This document shows, one piece after another, positions 1 to 12,660 of a DNA stretch of 64,000 nucleotides. The stretch's first letter is position 1, and every line of letters starts with the position of its first letter. The translations under genes were made by a program, and so were the position numbers. The notes under the pieces are model-generated. The model searched no databases, was not told the DNA's origin, and worked only from the letters and a program-made list of their open reading frames with translations. Source of the DNA: Octopus vulgaris (taxonomy: Eukaryota); assembly GCA_951406725.2 (NCBI GenBank), contig OX597823.1, positions 4,898,001 through 4,962,000 of the forward strand, in the 5' to 3' direction.

Positions 1-217
1 CATCTGTTTCTAAGGAAGGGTATATTTCCTGTCGCCACACATATTTTCCACAGAATACTGGAACATACAACATTACTTGTATGATGGTGATGTTTGTTAA
101 AAATCATCATGCATATGAACATACATATGCATATCCATATTATATGTATAACTTAGTGTGCTTCTGTTTTCAGAATTATATTTATGGATGATATATATAT
201 ATATATATATATATATA

Positions 218-828
218 TCATCATCATCATCATCATTCTTTAACGTCTGTTTTTCATTCTGGCATGACAGTTCGACTGAGTTCTGGAGAGTCAGCGACTG
301 CACCAGGCTCCAGTCTGATCTGGCAATGTTTCTACTGCTGGATGCCCTTCCTAACACCAACCACTCCAAGAGTGTAGTGGGTCCTTTTGTGTGCCACCAG
401 CACAGAAGCCAGTCAGGCAGGCCTGGCATTGATTTCGTTTGGATGGTGCTTTTTACATGCCACCGACACAGGAGTCAATCAGGGGGTACTGGCATCGGCC
501 ATGTTCGGATGGTGCTTTTTACATGCCACAGGCACGGAGACCAGTCAGGCTGTCCTGGCATCGATCACATTCGGATAGTGCTTTTTACATTCTACAGGCA
601 CGGGGACCAGTCAGGCTGTCCTGGCATCGATCACATTTGGATAGTGCTTTTTACATGTCACCGGCACAGGAGCCAGTCAGGGGGTACTGGCATCGGCCAC
701 GCTTGGATGGTCCTTTTTACATGCCACCAGCACAGGAGCTAGTCAGGGGGTACAGGCATTGGCCACATTTGGATGGTGCTTTTTACGTACCACCAGTATG
801 GAGGCCAGTCAGGCGGTCCTGGCATCGA

Positions 829-830
<2 letters not shown>
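218..830 (-). mobile_element. RTE-type 3' end (tail plus about 7 minisatellite units of ~65 bp)
   Basis: Reverse complement of the tail (GGTTGGTGTTAGGAAGGGCATCCAGC...GACGTTAAAG-(ATG)n), preceded by tandem GGTGGCATGTAAAAAGCACC-containing units. Confidence 0.8.
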
Positions 831-898
<68 letters not shown>

Positions 899-899
<1 letters not shown>

Positions 900-1065
900 C
901 ATCCACTACACTCACGGAGTGGTTGGCATTAGGAAGGGCATCCAGCCGTAGAAACATTGCCAGATCAGACTGGGCCTGGTGCAGCCTTCTGGCTTCCCAG
1001 ACCCCAGTTGAACCGTCCAACCCATGCTAGCATGGAAAGCGGACGCTAAGCGATGATGATGATGA
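899..1065 (+). mobile_element. RTE-type 3' tail, 5'-truncated, no VNTR units
   Basis: CCACTACACTCACGGAGTGGTTGGCATTAGGAAGGGCATCCAGCC...GGACGCTAAGC(GAT)n, inserted in a (CA)n(TA)n microsatellite. Confidence 0.85.
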
Positions 1066-2058
1066 TATATATGATATAGTTATATCTGCATCTGTAGGGA
1101 GCTTTGTCTCCATTGTCAGCTTACTTAGATAGTGCTTTTGTGGCGAATGAGTTGTTTTGACTCTTATTTCTAGCAATGCTGGTACCACTTTGTACCCTCT
1201 GTACTTTAGTGATGTCTATAAATTTGCCTTTAAGTTGTTAAATTGCTAATAAGCCACCTACATTATTTATATATATATATATTTGTAGATGACAGGCTAC
1301 ATTTAGTTTCCATCTACCAAATCCACTCCCAAGCCTTTGGTCACTCTGGGCCTATAGTAGAAGGCACTTGCCCAAAGTACCATGCAGTGGGACTGAACCT
1401 GATACCACATGGTTGGGAAGTAAACTTCTCAAACACGCCCACACCTATATGCATGTGTGTTTGTGTGCATAATGTATATGTATGTATACATACGTGTGTG
1501 TTTATATATATGAGTTGGTTTATCTGTTATTTTCCTGTTTTTGTTGTTGTCAGTTTAAAGATAATAAGAATTTGCATCGTGTTACAAACAGACCAAAGGA
1601 AATTAGTTATAATGACACATGTTTTACTTCAATGATGGAGGAAAAAAAAACAACACGCACACACACACACGCGCGCGCGCAAAGCACGGATGTTTGTTTT
1701 TTTTCCACCTCCCCTTGGCTATGCATGTAGGCGGTTATTTTATGTGTAGGCAGGGCAGTCACATGAAAGGACATACAAGGGGGTGTTTTGAATCATGTGG
1801 TGTGTGTAATATCTCCACACACTGAGCATGCATGCATGTTTTACTATGCATGCAGTATGTATACAATATACCATACGTCTCTGCATGGGCACAACTAGCA
1901 AATTTATCTTTGTATTATCTTTGAAAAAGAGCTGATTTCTGTAAGTTTATATTTGTCTTGAAAGAACTAACCAAGATAGCATTTTGCTTTTTCACTTCAG
2001 TTGGTCAAATAACATTATCAACACCACACACAAACACCTACATGCACACACACTCAAA

Positions 2059-2260
2059 ATCATCATCATCATTTAATGTCTGTTTTCCATGCTGGTGTGG
2101 GTTGGACAGTTTGACAGGAGTTATCAAGTGAGAAGGCCTTGCCAAGCTCTGCTGTCTGCTTTGGCATGGTTTTTTATGGCTGGATGCTCTTCCTAACAGC
2201 AATCCCCTAGAAGTGTGGCCTGGGTGCTTTTTTTACATGGCACCAACAGCAGTGAAGTCA
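2059..2260 (-). mobile_element. Older RTE-type 3' tail subfamily copy
   Basis: (ATC)n tail followed by TTTAATGTCTGTTTTCCATGCTGG...GGCTGGATGCTCTTCCTAAC. Confidence 0.7.
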
Positions 2261-3173
2261 CCAAACAATTTACAAGACAAGATCCCTCAACTGAAATGAG
2301 AGTAGTATTGAAATAGGCGGCTTTATGCCTGACTGAAATAGATGTCTTGCAATAAAGAAAGCACATGGTTAACTCAGAAGGGGTGGGGGAAAGAGGATAG
2401 AGAAGATGGTGAAGATGTGATAGCGGGGTACATCCAAGTTAACGGAAGGTGTATATAAGTGGAATGGGACGAAGGGTTGGATAGGGTGCGTGGGTGGGCA
2501 ATTTTTCAAGATTGTGAAAGGAGAGTGAGAGGTTGTTAGGAGAATATATTGTGGGGAAGAGATTCGACAGAGGAGATTGGGAGATGGAGGGGAGGGGAAT
2601 ACAACAGATGGTGAGCACAGGTGGAGGGAAAGAGGAGGTGTTGGGAAGATAGGAAGTGGAGGCAGGGTGGTTTGTCAGGGATGGATTGTGTGCAGGATGG
2701 TGGGTGCACAATCATAAAGGACATGCCTTTATGACCTTGACTTAATTTCACTTAGCCAAATGGGTCTTCTCAAGCACAGTAAATCACCAGTTGTCTCAAT
2801 CCTTTGAGAATTTGGTAAGCAGAAGTTCTGTCCTGTGTATACATGTGTGTGAAAGTGCTTGTGAATCCTATGGTAGATAGGTGTGTTTGTGTGTGTGTAT
2901 ATATATATATACACACACAGACGCCATGATAGATCATTAGCCACTACACATATTTTTTCTCTCCTCGTTTCTCCCCTTTTTTTCTCTTTTTTTTCTTTCC
3001 TTTTTTTTCTCTCCTTGTTTTCTGTCCCTTTCTGTCGAAGAGTGTAGGCTCGAAATGTAAAAGACTTTTTCTATTCCTGAGTGCTATACTAATACATCTG
3101 TTTGTTTTGTACACCACCTGTCTTCGTCTTTTGTTGTTTTTTTCGTAAACTCTCCCTATATATATATATATAT

Positions 3174-3215
<42 letters not shown>

Positions 3216-3687
3216 TCCCCACAACATGTCCTCCTAATAACCCCTCCTCTTCAAATCTCACTCTCATTTCACAATCTCTAGCAGACAAGATGTCCAATAT
3301 TGAAGAGAGGCAGAAATAGCCTGAAACCAGGCTGGTCTGCTAGTCCTATCGCTATAAGTTGGTAGGGGTTTGGTCCCCTGCTTGCAATACCTTGGATGCA
3401 GCTATGCATCATTAACTAGCTAGAGGAGATGTCCTCTTGGGGTTAAAAAAAAATCACAGCAAAGTTCATTTGAATGGACAGCCATGTTGAAGTGGCTATG
3501 AACATTACTTGTTAGTACGACTACTGCATTGACCTCTGAGAGTGATTTTAGAACTAACACTTTTGCTTGTATATATTATATATCTTTTTAAAATTTAATC
3601 TGGATAAAAAGCTTACAGTGTGCTTTCCAAAGTTCCTCTCAGGTATCTGCTACCAAATGCTATCATACAGTGGGAATTATTCTGTCA

Positions 3688-3827
3688 TTTGGAAACAATT
3701 CAAACTTTGTACAAGTCCATACCTTGTAGAATTCAAGCTGTAATTACTGCCAAAGTTGGTCCTACCCTATATTAAAATAAATTTGTTTGAAATTTTAAGG
3801 TGTTTCCATTATTTTGTCCAACCCTTG
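3688..3827 (+). mobile_element. 3' end fragment of the Tc1-like element found at 44399-45609
   Basis: Near-identical to 45470-45609, including the right TIR GTGTTTCCATTATTTTGTCCAACCCTTG followed by TA. Confidence 0.9.
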
Positions 3828-4134
3828 TATTTATATGTATATGTGTGTATATATGTATATGTATATATCTATAAACACATTCATGTTTTGAATTGTGTTT
3901 GTTCTACCAAACCTACACACACACACACATACTTAGATAAATTTCAACCAGAATTGGCCTGGCCTATATCTAACTAAATAACATCACCTGGAAAAGACAT
4001 TTACTTAGGTTTCATACTACCACCATTCTTTGGATACCATTGTCATTGAAGTAATGAGTTATAGGTATAGATGGTTTATATGGAATTTGTTGGAGATATA
4101 GCTGTCTAGGAACCATTTGAATGCTATGAGTTCT

Positions 4135-4468
4135 TTTATTACCTCCACCTGTGAGAAAGAAGGTGGACAAGATATCTCAAGAACTGCTGGATAGATTCTG
4201 ATGAAACTTTCAGGGATGTTTGGCCTCATGACTGGCACAAACTGATTAGATTTTGGGATGACCCAGTACCGGAAAAGGATTCTGGATTATTTTTCTGTTG
4301 TTTTTTACTTAAATTTTGAGAGCAGTTGGGTTCATTTCTAGTATTCTTGTATGTGGGAGCAGTCAAGTTTATTTCAGATATTGTCATTTTAAAAATCATC
4401 TCCGGCTAATCATTGAGAGGACATTGGTGTTGCTTTGGTGAAGGTTTGCACTCTCTGAGTGCTCTTGT
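4135..4468 (+). mobile_element. Non-autonomous Helentron-associated (HINE/DINE-like) element
   Basis: TTATTACCTCCACC start, subterminal inverted GGTGAAGG and 3' hairpin GCACTC-tct-GAGTGC, in a T-rich site. Confidence 0.55.
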
Positions 4469-4469
4469 T

Positions 4470-5720
4470 TGTCATGGTCTGATGTTAAAGAGAGCAGATG
4501 TGATGCAAGTATGATTCTGCTAGAGGATGGATGGTATGGTTGGGCAGTGCTGTTGAAATATTTTTCATGTCATACAAATGATTTAACACTGACAGTGGCA
4601 TTGGAGGGAATAAAGTTAGAATTTCTTGTGACAATCCCAATAATCAAGACCTGTCATATCGTTTTTCCTGGCGATTGATCTCTGAGGTGCTTTAAATTTT
4701 ATATTTTTGTTTCATGTAAGGAGACCACAGTGGACAACAGTATTCAAAGTAAGGACGGGCAAAGGTAGAGAAGAGAAGGATAACGGTAAGAGTGTCTCTA
4801 GACCGAAAAGTTCTGAGGATCCAGGAGCATGCCTTGCAAGCCATGCCATGTCAACTTTGGTGTTTATGTGGGCACTCGAGTTACTCCAAGGTCTCTTGCT
4901 GTATTTGATACTACAAGATTTTTGCCTGAGGGGAGAGTGTGTAGCAGCTTCAGTGAAGCCTCTTTTCTGGAGTGGATTAATTCAAATTTATTCTTGTTTA
5001 GCTGCTTATTGTGTTTTTCCACCCATTGGATAACAGAGAGCAGATCCAATTGGAGATTAGTCTGTTCTCCTACTCTATCAATGACCTTCAAAGCCTTAGT
5101 CATCTGTGAAAATTCTAATGCTGCTGTGTTTGATGATGGGATCCTATACATTGCCTTGTGGGACTCCACTGATGACTCTTGCTGAGCTTGATTTAACACC
5201 ATCTATCATCACATGCTAGGTTCTGTTCACCAGAAAGCATTCAATCCCCTTTTATAGTTTCTGTAGGACTCCAGTGTTCAATACTTTCTTTTATAGGATG
5301 TCATCAAAGTGATGCAAGAACTGTGTTAGGTAGTCCCTACCATTGCAGAAACCATGCTGGTTGGGTATAAGTAGACTTACTTTTCAGGAAGTGAGTTACT
5401 AGAGATCTTATCACCCTCTCATATAATTTGATGATACAATGTGAGATCAGTTGGTAATTCACTGCCAGCAATTTGTTGCCCTTTTTGAAAACTGGGACAA
5501 TCAACTGGTATAGGAAATTTTCAGGAATATAACCATCTCCAATGGTTTCCTCCAGAGAATAGCTAAAGGGAATGCCAGTTGATGATAGTATTCCTTCAGG
5601 ACTCTAGTGGGGAACCTGTCAGGGCCTGCTGCTGAGTTGTTTGTAGTTTTGTTAATAGTTGCTATGATATCTGAGGCGCCAAATGATGTATTGGATAGGG
5701 TGATAAATGATATGTGATAA
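4470..5720 (-). mobile_element. Decayed CR1-group LINE ORF2 (RT) remnant
   Basis: Minus-strand peptides AAGPDRFPTRVLKEYYHQLAFPLAILW, QHGFCNGRDYLTQF, MTKALKVI...LQLDL...WVEKH...RDLGV and LYSLQ; many stops and frameshifts. Confidence 0.8.
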
Positions 5721-6164
5721 GTATATAGAAAAAATACTCCACACAAGTCTCAAGATACAGAAAAATAATAAAAAGAAGAAAATAGGCTATTTCTTTTACA
5801 TTGCATTTAATTAATTCCAAAGTATATAATTACTGCCAACTCTCTTAAAAATACATGTATTGAAAAATAAATTGTCAATCAAATTATTTCAAAAGATTGA
5901 TATACATATTCTAAAGTATCACTTATCTAAATACATAACTACAAGCAAAAGATTTTAAGATTATGTATTCCAAAATACATTTTTACATTATATAACGTAT
6001 TTAATATTACCTCCATTGTCATCTTGTGAGTCTATAACAAAGCTACATATAAAAGGCTAGTAGCAATCATTACAAATGTACATTACAAGGAAAATCTTCT
6101 GTAAGACGTGAAACCAGTTTGTACTTATGTGCTTTACATGTTTTTGTAATTAATATAAAAATCC

Positions 6165-9060
6165 TCATCATTTAACTCCATTGTCCATGCTGGCATGAGT
6201 TAGATGGTTTGACTAGAGCAGGTGAGCTGCACTAGACTCCAGTCTAATTTGGCATGGTTTCTATGGCTGGATGCTCTTCCTAACGCCAACCACTTACAGA
6301 GTGTGCTGGGTGCTTTTATGTGACACCGCATGGGTACTTTTACATGATGCCACATGAGCACTTTTATGTGGCACCGCACAGGTGCTTTTATGTGGCACTG
6401 CATGGGCGCTTTTATGTAGCACCACCATGAGCTCTTTACCATGAGCAGCAGGCCCTGACAGGTTCCCCACTAGAGTCCTGAAGGTCCTGAGGTCATTCTT
6501 CAGTACTTCGTCCTGTGTCTTCCACTTCTACATGTTCCATCTACTTTGAGAGATGCTGTTGGCATCCATCTGCATCACATGACCAAACCAGCACAGTTTT
6601 CTCTCTTGCGCACAGCAACTAATTCCTCTTATACCTAACTTCTCTCTCAAAATACTAGCATTCTGTCGAACATGTACACATCAGCAGAGCATACTAGCCT
6701 CATTCCTATCTAACCATCGCATATCTTCTGCATTCAAGGCCCACATCTCACTACCATGTAGAATTGCTGTTTGTATACATGCCTCATACAGTCTTTCTTT
6801 TGTGGCCAACAGAAGTAATAGCTCTCTGAAATTCCTACATACTATTCTTATTCTAGCTATTACACTCTCCATGCATCCTCTTCCACTACTAATTTGGTCC
6901 CCTAGGTAGCAGAAATTATCTACTACCTCTAATGAGGCACTAGAGCATTTGAGAGAATCAATTTCCTGAGTGTCTAAAGTTTTTGTGGATCCTATGCATC
7001 TTCCACATACGAGAACTATCTTCGATAACCTTCCTATTAATCCACTTCACCTCTTGTGTGCCCATAGCTTACACTGGGTGCACCGTATGGAGTTCCTGCC
7101 TACACCTTTCATACAAATAGAACAGGGCCACCTACCTGATGGGGTGTTGGGTCCTATCAGTTTTCTTGCTTACTAGGACCTTAGGCTGGTCCAGGAGTTT
7201 AATGCCTCTATAATTGATTCTATATAAAGCATCATCCTGATCCTTGTAGCAGCTAACAATTATGCTGCTATGCTAGCCACTAGGTGTTACACCTTCCTGA
7301 ATGGCCTGATTAACTATGTAAGTGACTAGCCTGAGTGACTTACTTGATATTTTGAGCATCTCAGCTGTGATTCTGGATGGACTGAGTGCTTTCTTGGATT
7401 TTATGTTTTTAATTGCCTTATCTGTCATACTGCTGTCCAGTAGGATAGCCGGTCCCTCTGCTTTATCTCATTCATTCTCTACATTCAACAGTCTTGCATA
7501 GTAACTTTTCCATGCCTCTTTCTTGCTCACATCACTAAGTGCAAAGCACGCGGAATTCTGTTCTTGATTCGACGGTCATTCGGAATGCTCACAGCAGCCA
7601 TATTCCTACCACTCTATGTCACGCTGGTGAGACCCATATTGGAGTATGGGATTCAGGCCTCTTCTCCTTATCTCCTCAAAGACATACAGCATCTCGAAAG
7701 AGTCCAGAGGCTGGCTACCCGCGTGGTTCATGGTCTCAAAAATTTGTCCTATGAAGAAAGGCTGAGGACGCTCGACCTTTATTCTCTTGAAAAACGCCGC
7801 CGCCGTGGTGATCTCATTCTCCTGAACTCTTTACATGAACACCACCCTGTACTTAACTCCATGTCCCCCTACATGGCTTTGCTATTTGCTTTTGAGCCAA
7901 ATTAACTAACTAACTAACTAACTAACTAACATCACTAAGTGCAAGCATACCATTATCTATCCATACACACTTCTCTACTACAATATCTCAATTCTCAGTG
8001 ACACACTGACTAGTAATCTGGAACACTTCAAGTCTCTGATCTTCACGCTGTAAGATATTGGCAAACCTCTTCTGCTTCTACCCTAGCTAGATAAACCTGA
8101 TGTCTAGCCTCTCCTTTAGCCTTCTGACATGAATCTTTGCTACCACCCCGTCTTTTCCACTTTTTCCAGACCCGTCTCTTCTCATTTATGGCCATGTCAG
8201 CGTTACTGTTCCACACCATATCACCCTTGGTTTGGCAGAGGCTTTGCTGCAACCATAAATTTGGTCTGTTGCCCTTAGTAGACTGTCCCTTAGGTACTTC
8301 CAGTTGCCCTCTATGTCACATATCTCTCTCTCTCCTTCCTTATTATCATAGGTCTCTCTGAGGACATCTCTAAATCTCTGCTCGTTTGAAGGATCATTGA
8401 GATTCCATAGCCCCCTTTCCATGTTGGCTTGTGTCTCAGGATTTTTCAAGTCCTGAGCCTGAAGTCACTAACCACTAGCTTATGTTGAGTTGTACATTCG
8501 TCCCCTGGGAAAGATTTTACATTTAAGAGCATACATCTATCTCTGTCTGGTGAGGAAGTAGTCATTCTGGCTGGTGTGTCCCCCTGGAGCATTGCACAAC
8601 TCCAGCAGCCTTGTCCCCTTCTCATTTCTGGAACCAAAGCCATAGCCACCATGTACACCCTAAAATCCATTGGAGTGTTTGTTTTCCAACATGTCCATTA
8701 AAGTCTCCTGCCATGATGAGAATGTCATTGAGGTAGTCCTCAGAAGAGATTCGTAGAAGTAGTCCTTAGTATCTGCGAGTCTGGCATGCGCATCATGTGC
8801 AGAGGTAAGTGACACATCAAGAAAAGCTATTCAAAGTTACATCAGGCAAGGATGTTCATGGCTTAATAATCCTATCACATACCCTGACTATTTCAATCAC
8901 CTTATATGCTCATTTCTCTGCTAATAGAATACCTATGCCACCTGGGTCTTCATTGTTGCCAACCCAGAAAAATTTGTATCTACACCCTTTGCCCATAAGC
9001 AGTCTAGATGAGGCTCCCCTCCATCGTACCTCTTAGACACAGCATACATCTACATGTCTC
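6165..9060 (-). mobile_element. Decayed RTE-clade LINE (APE endonuclease, partial RT, C-terminus, 3' UTR and (ATG)n tail)
   Basis: APE motifs (DVCCV*EVRWRG, AGDFNGHVGK, TTQHKLVVSDF), RT motifs NYRGIKLL and VVDNFCYLGDQIS, C-terminal LYEACIQTAILHGSEMW and WFGHVM; the RT core is deleted internally. Confidence 0.88.
7545..7928 (+). mobile_element. Young 5'-truncated CR1-type LINE insertion inside the RTE, with a 16-bp TSD
   Basis: ORF 7564-7905 (LYVTLVRPILEYG...LERVQRLATR...YEERLRTLDLYSLEKRRRRGDLI), (TAAC)n tail, and ACATCACTAAGTGCAA duplicated at 7529-7544 and 7929-7944. Confidence 0.92.
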
Positions 9061-10835
9061 TGCTATGTAACCTTAAGATGATTTGATTGTTGTAACACGT
9101 TTGCACATAATACTATATTTTGGAATATGTAATAATGTATTTTGCAATAATTTGATTGTGATAATCTGTTTTTCAATACATATCATTGTATTTTGAAACG
9201 ATTTAATTGTTATAATATACTTTGGAATTAACTGCACTGCAAAAGGAAATAGCGTATTTTCTTTTATTATTCCGCCCCCTACTTAATTCATTCTTAACTG
9301 TAAAACTCAAAGTGAATAAAGCTATAAATAATAGCATGTAAATATTGGGTTAAAACCTGGAAATGTCACTGTCTCACACTCACACACAAACAGGGCACAA
9401 GTGCTTACATACACGTATGCATAAATGTGCGTCCGTGCAAAAAAAGAAAAGATAGATATATAAAGAACAGAAGGCATTCATGCTCGCATACATGAATGTG
9501 CACACACACTGTGTTCACGAACGCATACGTAGATATATGCTTTACATACACAGACAGACAGATATACACTTCCACACGACATGTTTGAAGAAACATGTAT
9601 TATCTTAATGAATTACTGTCTCTTTCCCTCGCATTCCTCCATCTTTGCTCATATATCATTTCCTTTTCCGCCTAAAAGAGAGTAGGGGACGTTAACAAAT
9701 GTGAAAATTTGTAACTACATACGATATACTTCCTAGACATATTAATCAGTTAGTGGCCAGCTGTTATATTCAACGACAATAATATTGTGGAAGAAAAATA
9801 CTCAGAAAAAGCAAAATGTCTTTCACTTGTTGATTGTTGACACTTCCATGAACGGTTAAAGGTTGCACACAAGTTTCGTTGACTGCACACATGAAATTGC
9901 TAATGATTATAATAAAGCAGGTGTTGGCAATCTGGTGCTACTGGAAATATCTTAGAATCTGTGAAACCAATTCACACAGGAAGTTTGACACAACATCCTG
10001 TCGAACAACCAATGATACCCAGAAAGTATCTATTAATTTTTCTTTTTTTCATTCTTTTTCTGTAACCGATTTAACGATCGATTGTTTTGTTGCGCGTTCA
10101 TTCTGCTTGTCTATGGACGTTCATGGAAAATCGTAGACGATTGATTAAGGTTGGATATTGGGGGAAAACTCCCCCCACCCCCAACAGTTTACCATTAAAT
10201 ATATTGTCGCAACGTTAGAGCGTCGAGAAAAAATTGCTTTACACAATTAGTCCCGACTCCTTACGTTCTGAGTTCAAGTCCTACCGGGGTTAACTTTGTT
10301 TTTCTAGATTGACAAAATAAAGTGCCAGTCACGTTTATGAGCGATGGTATCAACTAATCGTCTCTTCTCTCAAAATTCTTGGCCTTGTACCTTAGGTTAG
10401 AAATGGGCATAATTACACAGTCGCCTTAGGCACTGACTTCATTTCCTTATAACTTTCAGGAAAATGGAATTATTTTTAAATGAAAATTTCTACGAGAACG
10501 TTTCAAGCTGGTGTAAATTACAATTATATCTGGATTTAATGTGAATAAACGATGGGACAGATATTTCACGCACCTCGACTTTGTTTCCTCATACATTTTG
10601 ATGAAGTAGATTACAAGTTGAAAAAAAAATTACTTTTGAGGGCTAAGCCACCCTTTTCTTTTCTGGGATTTGTTAAACGAATGTTTTAATAAAATAAAAT
10701 TTTCCAGAGATTGGCATAATTTGAAAAAAAAAAAAAAGAAAAAAACCAAAACAGTCATAATGTCAGTCGTGAATTTGTTGGTATGGGTGTTTAGTGTGAT
10801 ATAAGACTGGGAAATTTCATTAAAAAATATACTCA

Positions 10836-11192
10836 TTTACTTGTTTCAGTCATTTGACGGCGGCTATGCTGGAGCACCGCCTTTAGTCGAGCAAATCGAC
10901 CCCGGGACTTTTATTCTATCGGTCTCTTTTACCGAACCGCTAAGTTACGGTGACGTAAACACACCAGCATCGGTTGTCAAGCGATGTTGGTGGGGACAAA
11001 CACAAACAAACATACACACATACATACATATATACGACGGGCTTCTTTCAGTTTCCGTCAACCAAATCCACTCCCAAGGCTTTGGTCGGGCCGAGGCTAT
11101 AGTAGAAGACACTTGCCCAAGATGCCACACAGTGGGACTGAACCCGGAACCATGTGGTTGGTAAGCAAGCTACTTACCACACAGCCACTCCT
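10836..11192 (-). mobile_element. tRNA-derived SINE family A, young full-length copy
   Basis: Head GGAGTGGCTGTGTGGTAAG (A box) and GGTTCAGTCCC (B box), CTTGGGCAAGTG core, internal TA/TG microsatellite, tail ending TGACTGAAACAAGTAAA. Confidence 0.85.
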
Positions 11193-11934
11193 ATATATAT
11201 ACATATATATATATTTATTTATTTAACAAATTCCAGATTAGAATAGTCCTCGAAAATTTTTCCCAATATGATTGTAATCTACATCGTCAAAACGTATGCA
11301 ATAATACTACATTAGCATCTTTTCCTTTTGAACGGCAGTTTTCAATACAATTTCTAGTTAACTAAACACTTTTAAACTTCGTATACTGGTAGAATGTGTC
11401 AAAATAAAACATTTTTTTTCTCTTGGCTTTCTTGAGAAAATTGTAATTTGTAAGTTTAACGTAGTTTAATTTTTCGAATTTTAACCAATCAGTTTCCTCT
11501 ATTGAGCTAAAATCATTTGCTGCGTCTAAAGACTCGTTTTTAAGATGGTAGTATAGATTTAAGAGAAATTTGGCTGCTGTTTCTAGCATGGTCAAGCAGT
11601 GTAAGCGGCTCCATTGTTTTGCACATCAACGATATTGTTTTCTTTTACCTCGTGTGTGTAGGTGGGTGGGGAAGAAATGTTTTTACAAGTTTTTTTCTTT
11701 GCCGATATCAAGTCAGTCACAAAGTGGCAAGGCTCTTTTAAAGCAAGATAACTCTTAGTGTTTGTGGTTACCTGAATCGCTTGATTTACACACACACACA
11801 CACATATGTACAGGTATATGTACATATAAAGACATACACACACTTATAGATATACACATATATAGGCTTTTTAAGGTCCTTATAATTAAATATACTTTCA
11901 CTGCTGTGAGAAATACAATTTGGTGGTCTACATT

Positions 11935-12070
11935 GTCACATGACAAATGAATGTGACGGCAAGACGGCGCTTTGTTTCCTTATCGTCCGTCGGGTGTGAA
12001 TCCAGAAGTACATAAACTAAATTGAAGTAGATATCGGTGAAATCAGCGAAGCATGACGATAAAGTAATTA
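11935..12070. promoter_or_regulatory. Possible promoter or first-exon region
   Basis: Unique CpG-dense patch with GTCACATGAC (E/M-box-like) inside a CpG-retaining domain; no transcript evidence. Confidence 0.25.
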
Positions 12071-12252
12071 GCAGCAAAATGAGATTGAGACAGATTATAT
12101 TGAGCTTTTATGAAAACGATGGCATTATTCTTTTATTCGGATCTTGTTAAATTCTTAACCACTTCTTTCAAATTTCCAGCAGATTTTGTTTTCAAATGTA
12201 ATTTTTTTATCATCACTTTTATGTTTTTGTTTTGCAAAATTTCTTATTTCTA

Positions 12253-12660
12253 GGCGCAGGAGTGGCTGTGTGGTAAGTAACTTGCTTACCAACCACATGG
12301 TTCCGGGTTCATTCCCACTGCGTGACACCTTGGGCAAGTGTCTTCTACTGTAGCTTCGGGCTGACCAAAGCCTTGTGAGTAGATTTGGTAGACGGAAACT
12401 GAAAGAAGCCTGTCGTACATATGTATATATATGTATGTGTGTGTATATGCTTGTGTGTCTGTGTTTGTCCCCCCCCCCAACATCGCTTGACAACCGATGG
12501 CGATGTGTTTACGTCCCCTTCACTTAGCGGTTCGGCAAAAGAGACTGATAGAATAAGTACTAGGCTTACAAAGAATAAGTCCTGGGGTCGAGTTGCTTGA
12601 CTTAAGGCGGTGCTCCAGCATGGCCGCAGTCAAATGACTAAAACAAGTAAAAGAATATAA
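12253..12660 (+). mobile_element. tRNA-derived SINE family A, young full-length copy
   Basis: GGCGCAGGAGTGGCTGTGTGGTAAG...GGTTCATTCCC...CCTTGGGCAAGTG...AAACAAGTAAAAGAAT. Confidence 0.88.

Noticed and set aside
12253-12330. tRNA gene
   Set aside because: The A/B boxes are the head of a multi-copy SINE; no complete cloverleaf or terminator.
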